Shown here: in pieces, positions 26,198 through 37,120 of the stretch
How the letters are laid out: each line of letters opens with the position of its first letter
How positions within the stretch are numbered: the first letter of the stretch is position 1
DNA from: an uncultured Bifidobacteriaceae bacterium
GTDB taxonomy: Bacteria > Acidobacteriota > Vicinamibacteria > Vicinamibacterales > UBA2999
Direction: 5' to 3'
Assembly (NCBI GenBank): GCA_964372085.1
Contig: CAYJPQ010000001.1
Span: forward strand, 80,435 to 144,434
Length of the DNA: 64,000 nucleotides
Made by a program: the position numbers and the translations under genes
The notes under the pieces: model-generated
What the model was told of the DNA's origin: nothing
The model's input: the letters and a program-made list of their open reading frames with translations, nothing else
Database searches by the model: none

Positions 26198-29100
26198 TCA
26201 GCCATCGAGGCTTCGGCGCACGACGTCGAGCAACTGGTGGATGGAGTAGGGCTTCTGCAGGAAGTTGCGTCCTTCCTCGATCACCAGCTCGCGGCCGGCC
26301 AGATCGGCGCTGTAACCGCTGGTGAAGATCACCTTGAGGCCGGGCCGGCTCGCCTGCAGTTGCTCGGCAAGCTCCCAGCCCTTCATCCCGCCCGGCATGA
26401 CGAGATCCGTGAACAGGAGGTCGACGGCGCCGGCGTGGCGGCCGGCCACGCCGATCGCGTCGGCGCCCGACGAGGCCGCGATCGCACGGTAGCCGTACCG
26501 CTCGAGCACCGCCACGGTCAGCAGCCGCACGTCCGGCTCGTCCTCGACGACCAGAATCGTCTCGCCGGCGCCGCGCTGCAGCGCCGGGGCCGCGCCGGGG
26601 GCCACCTCGTCGGGCGCCGCGTCGCTCGCCGGCAGCAGCACCTCGAACGTCGTGCCCGCGCCCACTTCGCTCCGCACCGCCACCGAGCCCCGGTGCTGCC
26701 TGGCGATGCCAAACACGGTGGCCAGGCCGAGGCCCGTGCCCTTGCCGACGCCCTTGGTCGTGAAGAAGGGCTCGAAGATATGCGGCAAGTGCTCGGGCGC
26801 GATCCCGCTGCCCGTGTCGGTGACGCGCACCGACACGTAGGAGCGTGACGAAGCGTCCGGAATGCGCTCGGCCTCCTCGGGGGCCAGGCTCCTGGGCCCG
26901 GTGGCGATGACGAGGCGGCCCCCCTCGGGCATGGCGTCACGAGCGTTCACCGCCAGGTTCATCAGAACCTGGTCCAGCATTCCCGCGTCGGCCCTGACCA
27001 CGAGCGGCGCCGGGTGCAGGTCGAGCTGGAGCTGCACGTCCTCGCCCAGGATGCGGTGGAGCATCCGCGACAGGCCCCTGATGCTCTCGTTCACGTCGAG
27101 CTGGCGGGGCTGCATCACCTGGCGCCGCCCGAACGCGAGGAGCTGGCGGGTAAGGCCAGCCGCCCGCTCGGCCGCGGCCCCGATCTCGCCAAGATTGTGC
27201 CGGATTTCGTCGGGCACGGAGGGCGCCATCAACGACAGCTCGACCTGCGTCATCATCGCCAGCAGGATGTTGTTGAAGTCGTGGGCCACGCCGCCGGCGA
27301 GCTGGCCGATGGCCTCCATCTTCTGCGCCTGGCGGAACTGCTCCTCCAGCGTTCGGCGATCGGTGATATCGCGCGCGTTGACCACCACGACCGGCTCGCC
27401 CCCGTCGATCATGCGGCGCCCGATGACCTCGAGCGTCCGCCAGGCGCCGTCCGCCCGGCGGAACCGAGCCTCGATGTGCCGCGCCTGGCCCACCTCCGCC
27501 TGCGCGCGCGTCAGCCCCGCCTTGACCTTGGCGACGTCATCGGGGTGCACGAACTCGAACACCGGGCGTCCCGTGATCTCGTCCGGCGCGTATCCCAAAA
27601 TGTGCCGGCTCGACGGGCTCTGGAACCGGGCGACGCCGTTGGCATCGACGACGGTGATGAGGTCATGGGCGTGCTCGATGAGCGATCGGAACCGTTGCTC
27701 TTTGGCCCGCATCGCCTCTTCGCTGAGTTGCAGGCGCTGCTCCACCTCGCGCCGCTCGGCCTCCAACCGCAACTCCCGATCGAGCTGCCGGTAGCGGTCG
27801 CAGAGCGCACCGAGCTGGCGGACGAGCAGGCCAAGCACCTCCTGGTCCTCGGCGGAGTAGCCGCCGGGCCGGTTGGCCACGCCGATGATCCCGATGGCCG
27901 CGCCGGCCTGCACGATGGGCATGCCGAGGAAGCAGCGGAGCGGCGGGTGACCATCGGGCACGCCGCCGGATCGCGGATCGGTCGCCGGGTCGTTCGCCAT
28001 CACCACCTCGCCGGTTCTCAGCGCATGGCCGAAGAGGTTGTCGAAGCTCGTGAAGGCGACGTAGCCCTGCTCGGCGTACGCCCGCAGCGCCCCGTCGAAT
28101 AGCTCGCGGTTGACGGTATCGTGCCAGCCGAAGCCCTCGTGGACCAGCACGCGCAGGGGGCCCCCATCCATCATCACGCCGACAAAGCCGTACTCGCTCG
28201 CGGTCTGTCGCAGGGCCTCGCGCAGCAGCGCGCCCATCGCGGCGGACCAGTCGCGCCGCTCCAGGTACGCCGTCAGCCCCTCGGACACCGCCGCCAGCAG
28301 TTGGTTCTTGCGCTGCAGCGCCTCGTCGGCAAGCCGGCGCGCCGTGATGTCCTGCTTGATGGCGATAAAGTGCGTCACCTCGCCAGCGGCGTCCGCGACC
28401 GGCGTGATCGTCTCCTGCTCGTAGTAGCGCGTGCCGTCCTTGCGGAGGTTCACCAGCTCCGAGTCCCAGACGCGCCCGGCCAGGATGGTCGTCCAGAGGG
28501 ATTGGTAGAAGGCGTCGTCCTGCGCGCCCGACTTCAGGAAGCGCGGGTTGCGTCCGATTGCTTCGTCGGCCGCATAGCCGGTCAGCGCACACCAGGCGGG
28601 GTTGACCCACTCGATGGTGCCGTTGCGATCGGCGATCATGATGGCATTGCCGGCCGCGTTGAGCGCGGCCGAACGCAGCGTGAGGGCGTCCTCCGCCCGC
28701 TTGACGCTGCGCGCGCTGATGATCCCGATCGCCGCCACGGTCACGGCCACCACCGCGGCAACGAGGGTGAGCATCCCGAGCGTGGATTCGACGTCCTGCA
28801 TCACGGCGCGCTCGATCGCCGCCGACTCGGCGGTGGTGACCGCCACCATGTGGTCGATCGCCGTACGGTGCCTCTGGTAGGCCGCGGCGAGCGGGCCGTC
28901 GATGATTCGCCCCAGCGCCTCGGCGTTGCCACGCCGGGACGCGGGGACGACCTCGCCTTCGATGGCCGCCAGCAGCACCTCCGCCGACGGCGCGACCTCG
29001 TCCAGCAGCACGCGCCGCCGCCCGTCGTCTTCGGCCAGCGTCGCCGTCCAGTGCCGCACGCGCTCGTCGTACTGGGCCCGCAGGCCGGCGAGGCGTTCGC

Positions 29101-29446
29101 GGATCGCCTGCTGCCTCTCGGCCGGGGGTGTCTGCCGGAGTTCGAGCGCCAGAAGGTATGACTCGATGGCGTAGAGGGGCGGCGGAAGGATGTCGGCCGT
29201 CAGCGCATGGCTGGCCACCGCGTCACGGTAGAGGCGACCACCAACCTTGATGTGTTCTGCGGTGACGAAGGTCAACTCGATGAACACGACCAGCCCAACC
29301 ACGCCGGCCCCGGTGATGAGGACCAGCTTGGCCAACGTGGGCACGCCGCCGGGCCACAGCCTACCCGAGCGGGGGGGGGACATGAGGGCGATTCTAGCCG
29401 AAGGCGCCAGGGCAAGAAGCACCATGTTCCAACCCTGGCGCGCCAC
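26198..29446 (-). CDS. hybrid sensor histidine kinase / response regulator (2 TM, PAS-GAF-PAS-HisKA-HATPase-REC)
   Basis: 1082 aa. H-box AGGVAHDFNNIL, G2 box GTGLGLATV, and a receiver with DLLFTDLVMPGG. The start is uncertain, with Met codons at 29446, 29425 and 29383. Confidence 0.9.
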   Translation of the reverse strand: MARQGWNMVLLALAPSARIALMSPPRSGRLWPGGVPTLAKLVLITGAGVVGLVVFIELTFVTAEHIKVGGRLYRDAVASHALTADILPPPLYAIESYLLALELRQTPPAERQQAIRERLAGLRAQYDERVRHWTATLAEDDGRRRVLLDEVAPSAEVLLAAIEGEVVPASRRGNAEALGRIIDGPLAAAYQRHRTAIDHMVAVTTAESAAIERAVMQDVESTLGMLTLVAAVVAVTVAAIGIISARSVKRAEDALTLRSAALNAAGNAIMIADRNGTIEWVNPAWCALTGYAADEAIGRNPRFLKSGAQDDAFYQSLWTTILAGRVWDSELVNLRKDGTRYYEQETITPVADAAGEVTHFIAIKQDITARRLADEALQRKNQLLAAVSEGLTAYLERRDWSAAMGALLREALRQTASEYGFVGVMMDGGPLRVLVHEGFGWHDTVNRELFDGALRAYAEQGYVAFTSFDNLFGHALRTGEVVMANDPATDPRSGGVPDGHPPLRCFLGMPIVQAGAAIGIIGVANRPGGYSAEDQEVLGLLVRQLGALCDRYRQLDRELRLEAERREVEQRLQLSEEAMRAKEQRFRSLIEHAHDLITVVDANGVARFQSPSSRHILGYAPDEITGRPVFEFVHPDDVAKVKAGLTRAQAEVGQARHIEARFRRADGAWRTLEVIGRRMIDGGEPVVVVNARDITDRRTLEEQFRQAQKMEAIGQLAGGVAHDFNNILLAMMTQVELSLMAPSVPDEIRHNLGEIGAAAERAAGLTRQLLAFGRRQVMQPRQLDVNESIRGLSRMLHRILGEDVQLQLDLHPAPLVVRADAGMLDQVLMNLAVNARDAMPEGGRLVIATGPRSLAPEEAERIPDASSRSYVSVRVTDTGSGIAPEHLPHIFEPFFTTKGVGKGTGLGLATVFGIARQHRGSVAVRSEVGAGTTFEVLLPASDAAPDEVAPGAAPALQRGAGETILVVEDEPDVRLLTVAVLERYGYRAIAASSGADAIGVAGRHAGAVDLLFTDLVMPGGMKGWELAEQLQASRPGLKVIFTSGYSADLAGRELVIEEGRNFLQKPYSIHQLLDVVRRSLDG

Positions 29447-29488
29447 GGCCAGGCGCTTACTTGGGGAGACGCGCGGGCGTCCGCCTCG

Positions 29489-31165
29489 CTACGGCCGCGG
29501 GATGCCGAAACAGCGCAGGTTGGTCTGCACGTTTTCGAGCCCGGGCAGCGGGGCCGGCGGACACGGCGCCTCTTGCTTGGGTGGTGGCGGCGGAGGGGGC
29601 GCTGGCTTGGGCGGCTCCTGCTTCGGCGGCTCCTGCTTGGGCGGCGGCGGCGCCTCGGCCGGCGGGGGCGGGGGGGGCGCCTCCTCGACGGCTTCCACCA
29701 TCACGCTGCGCTGCGCCACGACGTCGGTGATGCGGCCCGCGTCGGTCACGCCCGCATCGGGCAGCGTCACCGTGAAGCGCACCGGCCCCGGCTCTTTCGG
29801 CGCCGTGAAGACGAGCGTGGCCTCGCCCGACTTCGAGAGCGGCCACACCGCCTTGTCCAGCTCGCCGCGCGACGCCGTCGCCCGCACGTGGTCGCCGATC
29901 TTCAGCCCCGGCGGCGCCACCACTTTGACCGCGATCCCCAGCATGCCGCCCGGGATGATCGTCGTCGAGCTCTTCAGCTCGATCCGGATGTTGCGGCGCG
30001 CGGTAGCCTCCTCCGCCGCCTGCTCGCGGAGCCACTCCTCGTCGGCGCGGTCCTGATCGGCCCGTTCCTGCTCGGCGCGCTCTCTTGCCTCGCGCTCGCG
30101 CTCCAGCCGTGCCGCCTCCGCGGCCGCGGCCTTCGCCTGTGCCGCGGCGCCTTCCTGGCCCAGCTGCTTCCAGCGATCCGTCGAGGGCTTCGACGGCGCG
30201 GCGGCGGCTTGTGGCTTCGCGTCGTCGTCGGCGCCAATCCGCTTCGCCCGCTGCTGGCGCGCGCGCGCGGCCGCCGCGGCGGCATCGGCCCTGGCCCTGT
30301 CGGTGTCGGCGGCAACCGCAGCAGGCGTGGCTGCGGGCTTCGCGCCGGCGGCCGGCTCGGGCCTGGGCACAGTGTGCGTCACCCAGTTGCCGATCGCCAC
30401 CGACTCGTGGAGCTTGGCGTCCACGCCCTGGATGCGCAGCACCAGTTGCTGCAGGTACGAGTCCACCTGGCCGACGTTCACATTGGTGGTGGAGGCGATG
30501 ACCTCGCCTCCCTGCTTGAGCAACACGTCGCCCAGTCCTTCCATCAACTTGCGCCCCTGCTCGCCGTTGCCGGCCCCGCAGTTGATGAGCACGACCTTGG
30601 CGTTCGGCGCCAGGGCGTGGCCCACCGAGTCCAAGATGGCCAGGCGGTTCTCGAGCCTGGCGATGTGGCTCTCGATCCCGGTCACATCGCGCCGCGGGTC
30701 CTTCTCCCACTGCTTGAGCCGGCCCTTGTAGAGCGCCAGGTCCGAGCGGATGTCCTTGATGTCGAGGTGGCTGGCGAAGAGGCCGCCCTCGGGGAACGAG
30801 ATGTTCGGGCTCGACGGGGTCCCGTGTCCGGCGATGACGAGCAGGTTGATGCGCTTGTTCGTCTTCTGGTACTTGGCCAGCGTCTCGAACATCTCGTCGC
30901 CGCTCGACGGGTGGACGATTTGCCGGATCCGCCGCTCCTGGCCCAGAAACTCCAGGGCCTTCTGCTCGGCCTCGTCCGGGTCGATCCCGGCCGTCGACAC
31001 GCCCACGCCGATGTACTCGACGGGCGGGCGCGGCGCAGCCGGCCGCGGCTGCCCGGCGGCGGCGGTGCCGCCCGGCCCGGCCAGCAGCACGCCAAGCAGA
31101 CAGGCCGAAATGGCCGGCGATGCGAAACCCTTCGAGCGCTTCGACACGACGCTATCCTCGAACAC
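29489..31165 (-). CDS. secreted hypothetical protein: DUF4347-like N-domain, Ala/Glu/Arg coiled coil, Ig-like domain, Pro-rich tail
   Basis: 558 aa. Signal peptide (ISACLLGVLLAGPGGTAAAG), INLLVIAGHG motif, about 110 aa of AEAARLEREREARERAEQERADQDRADEE-type sequence, and C-terminal PPPPPPAEAPPPPKQEPPKQEPPKPAPPPPPPPK. It ends 42 nt upstream of the hybrid kinase gene. Confidence 0.7.
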   Translation of the reverse strand: MFEDSVVSKRSKGFASPAISACLLGVLLAGPGGTAAAGQPRPAAPRPPVEYIGVGVSTAGIDPDEAEQKALEFLGQERRIRQIVHPSSGDEMFETLAKYQKTNKRINLLVIAGHGTPSSPNISFPEGGLFASHLDIKDIRSDLALYKGRLKQWEKDPRRDVTGIESHIARLENRLAILDSVGHALAPNAKVVLINCGAGNGEQGRKLMEGLGDVLLKQGGEVIASTTNVNVGQVDSYLQQLVLRIQGVDAKLHESVAIGNWVTHTVPRPEPAAGAKPAATPAAVAADTDRARADAAAAAARARQQRAKRIGADDDAKPQAAAAPSKPSTDRWKQLGQEGAAAQAKAAAAEAARLEREREARERAEQERADQDRADEEWLREQAAEEATARRNIRIELKSSTTIIPGGMLGIAVKVVAPPGLKIGDHVRATASRGELDKAVWPLSKSGEATLVFTAPKEPGPVRFTVTLPDAGVTDAGRITDVVAQRSVMVEAVEEAPPPPPPAEAPPPPKQEPPKQEPPKPAPPPPPPPKQEAPCPPAPLPGLENVQTNLRCFGIPRP

Positions 31166-31245
31166 ACCGAGCGTACCAGAATCCTGCGCAATCCCTCAAT
31201 CGCCGAATTAAGATCAGGCGACCATCAGGTCACGAGATCACCAGC

Positions 31246-33024
31246 GTGAAATTCCCCCAATCCTTCATCGACGAAGTGCGCGCGGCCGCCGACATCGTGG
31301 CCGTGGTGTCGGATTCCGTCTCGTTGCGCAAGGCCGGCAGCACCTACAAGGGCCTCTGCCCGTTCCACGGCGAGAAGACCCCGTCGTTCACGGTGAACCG
31401 CGACAAGGGCTTCTTCCATTGTTTCGGCTGCGGCGTGGGCGGCGACGTGTTCAAGTTCGTGGAGCTGCAGGAGAAGATTGGCTTCGTCGACGCCCTGCGC
31501 CTGCTCGCGCAGCGCTTCGGCATCCCCATCCCCGAAACCGAGGCAGGCGACGCGCCCCGCGAGAGCGCCGCCGAGCGCGAGGCGCTCACGAAGATCCACG
31601 AGGTGGCCGCGCAGCACTTCCGGGAGCAACTCGAGTCTCCCGCCGGCGCGCGCATCCGCCAGTACCTGCTCACGGAGCGCGGCCTCACCGAGGAGACCAT
31701 CGCCAAGCTGCAACTGGGCTACGCGCCGCCCGGCCGCGACCTGCTGCGCCAGCGCCTGCTGAAGCAGGGCTTCTCGCCGCTGCAGCTCGTGACGAGCGGT
31801 CTCGTCAGCCGGCGGGACGATGGGTCGGAGGTGGACCGGTTCAGGAACCGGCTGATGATTCCCATCGCGCGCGACACGGGCACCATCATCGCCTTCGGCG
31901 GCCGCGCGCTCGACGCCGACCAGCAGCCGAAGTACCTCAACTCGCCCGAGACGCCCATCTACACGAAGAGCCGCACGCTCTACGGCCTGAACCTGACGAA
32001 GGGTGACATCCGCAAGCGCAACTTCGCGATGGTCGTGGAGGGCTACTTCGACTTCGCGCAGGTGTACCAGACGGCGGAACTGCCGGTGGTGGCCACGTGC
32101 GGCACGGCGCTCACGCCGCAACAGGCGCAGGCGCTGCACCGCTTCGCGACCAAGGTGGTGCTCTGTTACGACCCCGACCGCGCGGGCCAGACGGCCGCGG
32201 AGCGCAGCTCGGAACTGCTGGTGGCCGAGGGCTTCGTGGTGAATGTCATCTCGCTGCCCGGGGGCGGCGACCCCGACACCTTCCTGCAGAAGCAGGGCCG
32301 CGAGGCGTTCGTGGCCGAGCTCAAGCGGTCGCGGCCCTACCTGGAGTTCCTGCTCGACCGCGCCGCGGCCGAGCACGACCTGTCGCGCGACGACAGCCGG
32401 CGTGCATTTCTGAGCAGGATGCTGGGGGTGGCGGCCCGTATCCCCGACCCGGCCGTGCGCGACCAGTTTGCCGACCGCCTGGCCCACAAGGCCCGGGTCA
32501 CGGAGGCCGTGGTGCGGTCAGAAATCCGGAAAGCCGCCGCCGAACGGAAGACCGAGCTCCCGGCCGAGCGCCTGCCGAGCCTCGTCACCCGGCTCCGGCC
32601 GGCTGAGAAAGGCCTCCTCTGGACGCTGATTCACCAGCCGGTGGAAACCGTGCCCTGGCTAAGGATGCTGGAACCCGAAGATATACAAGGACTTAGGTCA
32701 GAGAACGTCCTTCGGATTGCCCTGGGCCTGGAAATTTCGCCCGCGGATGTGCCGGCCGCGCTGATGGAGCGTCTAAGTACTCAGGAGGCCGAGATGCTCG
32801 CCGCCATCGCGGCGGAGGCCTCTTCCCCCGTTCTCCGGCCCGACGTCAGCGTTTTCTCCCTCAAACGCCTGCGCCTCGAGCGCGAGCAGGCCGAGGTTCA
32901 GCGGGAAATCGACCGCTTGCAGGCGGCCGGCGAGAAGGGCGCGGACCTGACGGCGCTGCTCCGGCGAAAGATGTCGGTGCAGCGCGACCTGGAGGCCATG
33001 TCCCGGTCGGACGAGATACAATAG
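31246..33024 (+). CDS. dnaG: DNA primase
   Basis: GTG 31246 ([11 protein letters not shown]...), 592 aa. Zinc finger [34 protein letters not shown] and TOPRIM (MVVEGYFD). Confidence 0.95.
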   Translation: MKFPQSFIDEVRAAADIVAVVSDSVSLRKAGSTYKGLCPFHGEKTPSFTVNRDKGFFHCFGCGVGGDVFKFVELQEKIGFVDALRLLAQRFGIPIPETEAGDAPRESAAEREALTKIHEVAAQHFREQLESPAGARIRQYLLTERGLTEETIAKLQLGYAPPGRDLLRQRLLKQGFSPLQLVTSGLVSRRDDGSEVDRFRNRLMIPIARDTGTIIAFGGRALDADQQPKYLNSPETPIYTKSRTLYGLNLTKGDIRKRNFAMVVEGYFDFAQVYQTAELPVVATCGTALTPQQAQALHRFATKVVLCYDPDRAGQTAAERSSELLVAEGFVVNVISLPGGGDPDTFLQKQGREAFVAELKRSRPYLEFLLDRAAAEHDLSRDDSRRAFLSRMLGVAARIPDPAVRDQFADRLAHKARVTEAVVRSEIRKAAAERKTELPAERLPSLVTRLRPAEKGLLWTLIHQPVETVPWLRMLEPEDIQGLRSENVLRIALGLEISPADVPAALMERLSTQEAEMLAAIAAEASSPVLRPDVSVFSLKRLRLEREQAEVQREIDRLQAAGEKGADLTALLRRKMSVQRDLEAMSRSDEIQ

Positions 33025-33092
33025 AGGGCTCCCCGCGAACGGAAGCGGGTTCCTTCCCGGCTGCAGTCATTTGGTTGGAGGTCGCACGCAAT

Positions 33093-34805
<1,713 letters not shown>

Positions 34806-34868
34806 GGAACCGGCGGGCCTGCCCCGCCGTAGTCCGCCTCGCGCGGAGCGCTCTGGCGAGACGAAGGC

Positions 34869-34941
34869 GGGCCCATAGCTCAGCGGTTAGAGCGGCCGGC
34901 TCATAATCGGTTGGTCCCTGGTTCGAATCCAGGTGGGCCCA
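34869..34941 (+). tRNA. tRNA with CAU anticodon, elongator type (tRNA-Met, or tRNA-Ile2 if lysidine-modified)
   Basis: Hand-folded cloverleaf: acceptor GGGCCCA/TGGGCCC, D arm GCTC-AGCGGTTA-GAGC, anticodon arm GCCGG-CTCATAA-TCGGT, variable TGGTC, T arm CCTGG-TTCGAAT-CCAGG, discriminator A. 73 nt with no encoded CCA. It is not an initiator: positions 1:72 are paired and the anticodon stem lacks the GGG/CCC pairs. Confidence 0.9.
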
Positions 34942-34947
34942 CTCTTT

Positions 34948-35038
34948 GGAAGTGAGAAGTCACAAGTGAGAAGTTGGAAGGAACCCATGCCACAGCGCTC
35001 GCCGCTTCTCACTTCTCACTTCTCACGTCTCACTTCAC
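34948..35038. repeat. imperfect inverted repeat whose arms are 7-nt tandem arrays (GTGAGAA / TTCTCAC)
   Basis: Left arm GGAAGTGAGAAGTCACAAGTGAGAAGTTGGAAGG (34948-34981). Right arm CTTCTCACTTCTCACTTCTCACGTCTCACTTCAC (35005-35038). About 21 of 25 positions are complementary. It begins 7 nt after the tRNA and ends 4 nt before the next ATG. Confidence 0.8.
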
Positions 35039-35042
35039 TGTG

Positions 35043-35837
35043 ATGCTTCCAGATCTTGAGAGACTGATAGAGCTTCAAGAGATCGAAACGCGGGCGGGCG
35101 CGGCGGCCAGGACCATCGCCGAGGCCCCGGCCCGCGTTGCCGCCCTCGACGCCCTCCTGCTGGGCGCCACCACCGCCCTCGCCACCGCCAAGCAAGCCCT
35201 GGCCGACAACCAGGCCGCCCGCCGCAGCATCGACAAGGACCTCCTCTCCGCCCAGCAGCGCCAGAGCAAGTACAAGGAACAGCTCATGGCGGTGAAGACC
35301 AACGACGAGTACCATGCGATGCAGCACCAGATCACCGCCGTGGGCGTTGAGGTGGGCCAGTGCGAGGAGAAGGTGCTCATCAACATGATGGAGGCCGACG
35401 AGATCAACGCCGCCATCAAGAAGGCCGAGGCCGCCCTCAAGGCGGCGCAGGCCAAGGTGGCCGCCGAGCGCGCCGCCATCGAGCAGGAAGTGGCCGCCAG
35501 CCAGGGCGTGGCCGCCGAGTGCGCCACCGCCCGCGCCGGCGTGGTGGCCGCCATGGCCGACAAGGGCATGGTCGAGACCTTCATGCGCATCGCCAAGGTG
35601 CGCGGCACGGCCGTGGCCCGCGCCGAGCACGAGCGCTGCACGGTGTGCCAGGTGCGCCTGCGCCCGGCCGTGTTCGTCAACGTGCTCAAGAACGACCAGA
35701 TCGTGCAGTGCGACAGCTGCAACCGCATCCTGTACTTCGTGCCGCCCGCCTCCGCTCGCCCCGCTGCACCCGCTGCACCCGTTGCACCCGTTGCACCCGC
35801 TGCACCCGCTGCACCCGCTGCACCCACCCAATCGTGA
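35043..35837 (+). CDS. coiled-coil / C4 zinc-ribbon protein (COG1579, DUF164-type)
   Basis: Internal ATG 35043 (MLPDLERLIELQEIE...), 264 aa. Long coiled coil followed by CTVC...CDSC. The same gene pairing with RNase H occurs in actinobacteria (M. tuberculosis Rv2229c/Rv2228c, from memory). Confidence 0.85.
   Translation: MLPDLERLIELQEIETRAGAAARTIAEAPARVAALDALLLGATTALATAKQALADNQAARRSIDKDLLSAQQRQSKYKEQLMAVKTNDEYHAMQHQITAVGVEVGQCEEKVLINMMEADEINAAIKKAEAALKAAQAKVAAERAAIEQEVAASQGVAAECATARAGVVAAMADKGMVETFMRIAKVRGTAVARAEHERCTVCQVRLRPAVFVNVLKNDQIVQCDSCNRILYFVPPASARPAAPAAPVAPVAPAAPAAPAAPTQS
35763..35825. repeat. 7 x 9-nt in-frame tandem repeat (GCTGCACCC / GTTGCACCC)
   Basis: Encodes AAPAAPVAPVAPAAPAAPAAP at the extreme C-terminus of the zinc-ribbon protein, ending 9 nt before its stop and the rnhA start overlap. 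Confidence 0.9.
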
Positions 35838-36235
35838 TCACGGCGTATTTTGACGGCGGCTCGCGCGGCAACCCCGGCCTCGCCGGCTGGGGTGCGTTCA
35901 TCGTCCACGCCGACGGCACCGTGCTCGCGGAGCTGTCGGGCGCGCTGGGCGTGGCCACCAACAACGTGGCCGAGTACCACGGCCTCATCGCCGCACTGCA
36001 GTGGGCGGTAGACAACGACGTCACCGCGCTCACGGTGAAGGGCGACTCGTTGCTGCTCGTGGAGCAGATGCGCGGCAACTACAAGGTGAAGAACGAGGGC
36101 CTCAAGCCCCTGCACGTGCAGGCGCGCCTGCTGGTGATGCAGATCGGCAACGTCTCGTTCCACCACGTGCCGCGCGAGAAGAACAAGGACGCCGACCGGC
36201 TCTCCAACGTCGGCATGGACGCCAACGGAGCATAG
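35834..36235 (+). CDS. rnhA: ribonuclease HI
   Basis: GTG 35834 overlaps the upstream stop (GTGA). 133 aa. DGGSRGNPG, NNVAEYHGLIAAL and REKNKDAD supply the DEDD catalytic residues. Confidence 0.88.
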   Translation: MITAYFDGGSRGNPGLAGWGAFIVHADGTVLAELSGALGVATNNVAEYHGLIAALQWAVDNDVTALTVKGDSLLLVEQMRGNYKVKNEGLKPLHVQARLLVMQIGNVSFHHVPREKNKDADRLSNVGMDANGA

Positions 36236-36263
36236 CGCTCGCGCCGAGTCCGTTCGCGCTACA

Positions 36264-36473
36264 ATGAGCCCTCACATGACGGACGCTTGGGTGCGGAAAC
36301 ACAGCTCCTTCGACGACGACCGGCGCGCGGATCGTGAGTTCTGGCGTACGGTGCCGGCCGACGCCCGCGTGGCCGCCGTCGAAGATCTCCGCAGGCAATG
36401 GGCGCGGTTCCAGGGGGCCGATGACGAAGGACTTCGAAGAACTGTTCGCGTGCTTGAGGCGCCGGAGCGTTAA
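36264..36473 (+). CDS. small hypothetical protein, putative antitoxin-like partner of the downstream NTase-like gene
   Basis: 69 aa (or 65 aa from ATG 36276). It overlaps the next CDS by 53 nt. No recognisable DNA-binding motif by eye. Confidence 0.5.
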   Translation: MSPHMTDAWVRKHSSFDDDRRADREFWRTVPADARVAAVEDLRRQWARFQGADDEGLRRTVRVLEAPER

Positions 36474-36855
36474 GGCCCTCGTCGTGGGAGGCTATGCCGT
36501 CGCCTTCCACGGCCAGCCGCGGTTCACGAAGGACATCGACGTGTTTGTCGAGCCCTCTCCAGACAACGCCGAGCGCCTGCTGGCCGCGCTCTCGGACTTT
36601 GGCTTTGGCGGTCTGGGCCTGACCGTGGCCGATTTCGCGACTCCGGGGAAGATCGTCCAACTCGGCGTGGCGCCGAACCGCGTGGACGTGTTGACGACGA
36701 TCGACGGCGTGACGTTTGACGAAGCCTGGCCCGGCCGGGTGTCGGGCCACTACGGCACCGAGGCCGTGGACTACATCGGCCGCGCGGAGCTCATTCGCAA
36801 CAAACGTGCGAGCGGGCGGCCACAGGACCTGCTGGACATCGAAGCGCTCGAGTAG
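36421..36855 (+). CDS. small nucleotidyltransferase-fold-like protein (DUF6036-like; uncharacterised TA-type family)
   Basis: Internal ATG 36421 (MTKDFEELFACLRRRSVKALVVGGYAVAFHG...TKDIDVFV), 144 aa. G-x-A...D-x-D spacing reminiscent of minimal NTases. Confidence 0.7.
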   Translation: MTKDFEELFACLRRRSVKALVVGGYAVAFHGQPRFTKDIDVFVEPSPDNAERLLAALSDFGFGGLGLTVADFATPGKIVQLGVAPNRVDVLTTIDGVTFDEAWPGRVSGHYGTEAVDYIGRAELIRNKRASGRPQDLLDIEALE

Positions 36856-37120
36856 GGCCGCCTCAGCCTGGCGGTGCGTGGCCGAGGCGCCGTGGAGGAA
36901 GACCTTGTCGCCGCTCTTGATGACCGCGACCGCGTCATCGGCGCTGATTGCACGTTGCCTCCAGGCGTCGCCCGTCGATGCCATGTTCCCTGGGATACCG
37001 TGCGTCGGCCGCCGGGTGCGGACAGGGCGGCGTTGAGGTAACGTCGTAGTCCTGACACGTCACCCATCGCGATCCCGCTGGACGACCGGCGACTATCTCA
37101 CCCACCGCTTCAATCCCGAA

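Noticed and set aside
34869-36300. tRNA(CAU) as an integration site for the downstream accessory genes.
   Set aside because: The genes immediately downstream (zinc-ribbon, rnhA) are a conserved housekeeping pair. There is no integrase, and I did not spot a direct repeat of the tRNA 3' end further downstream, although I could not run an exhaustive search.
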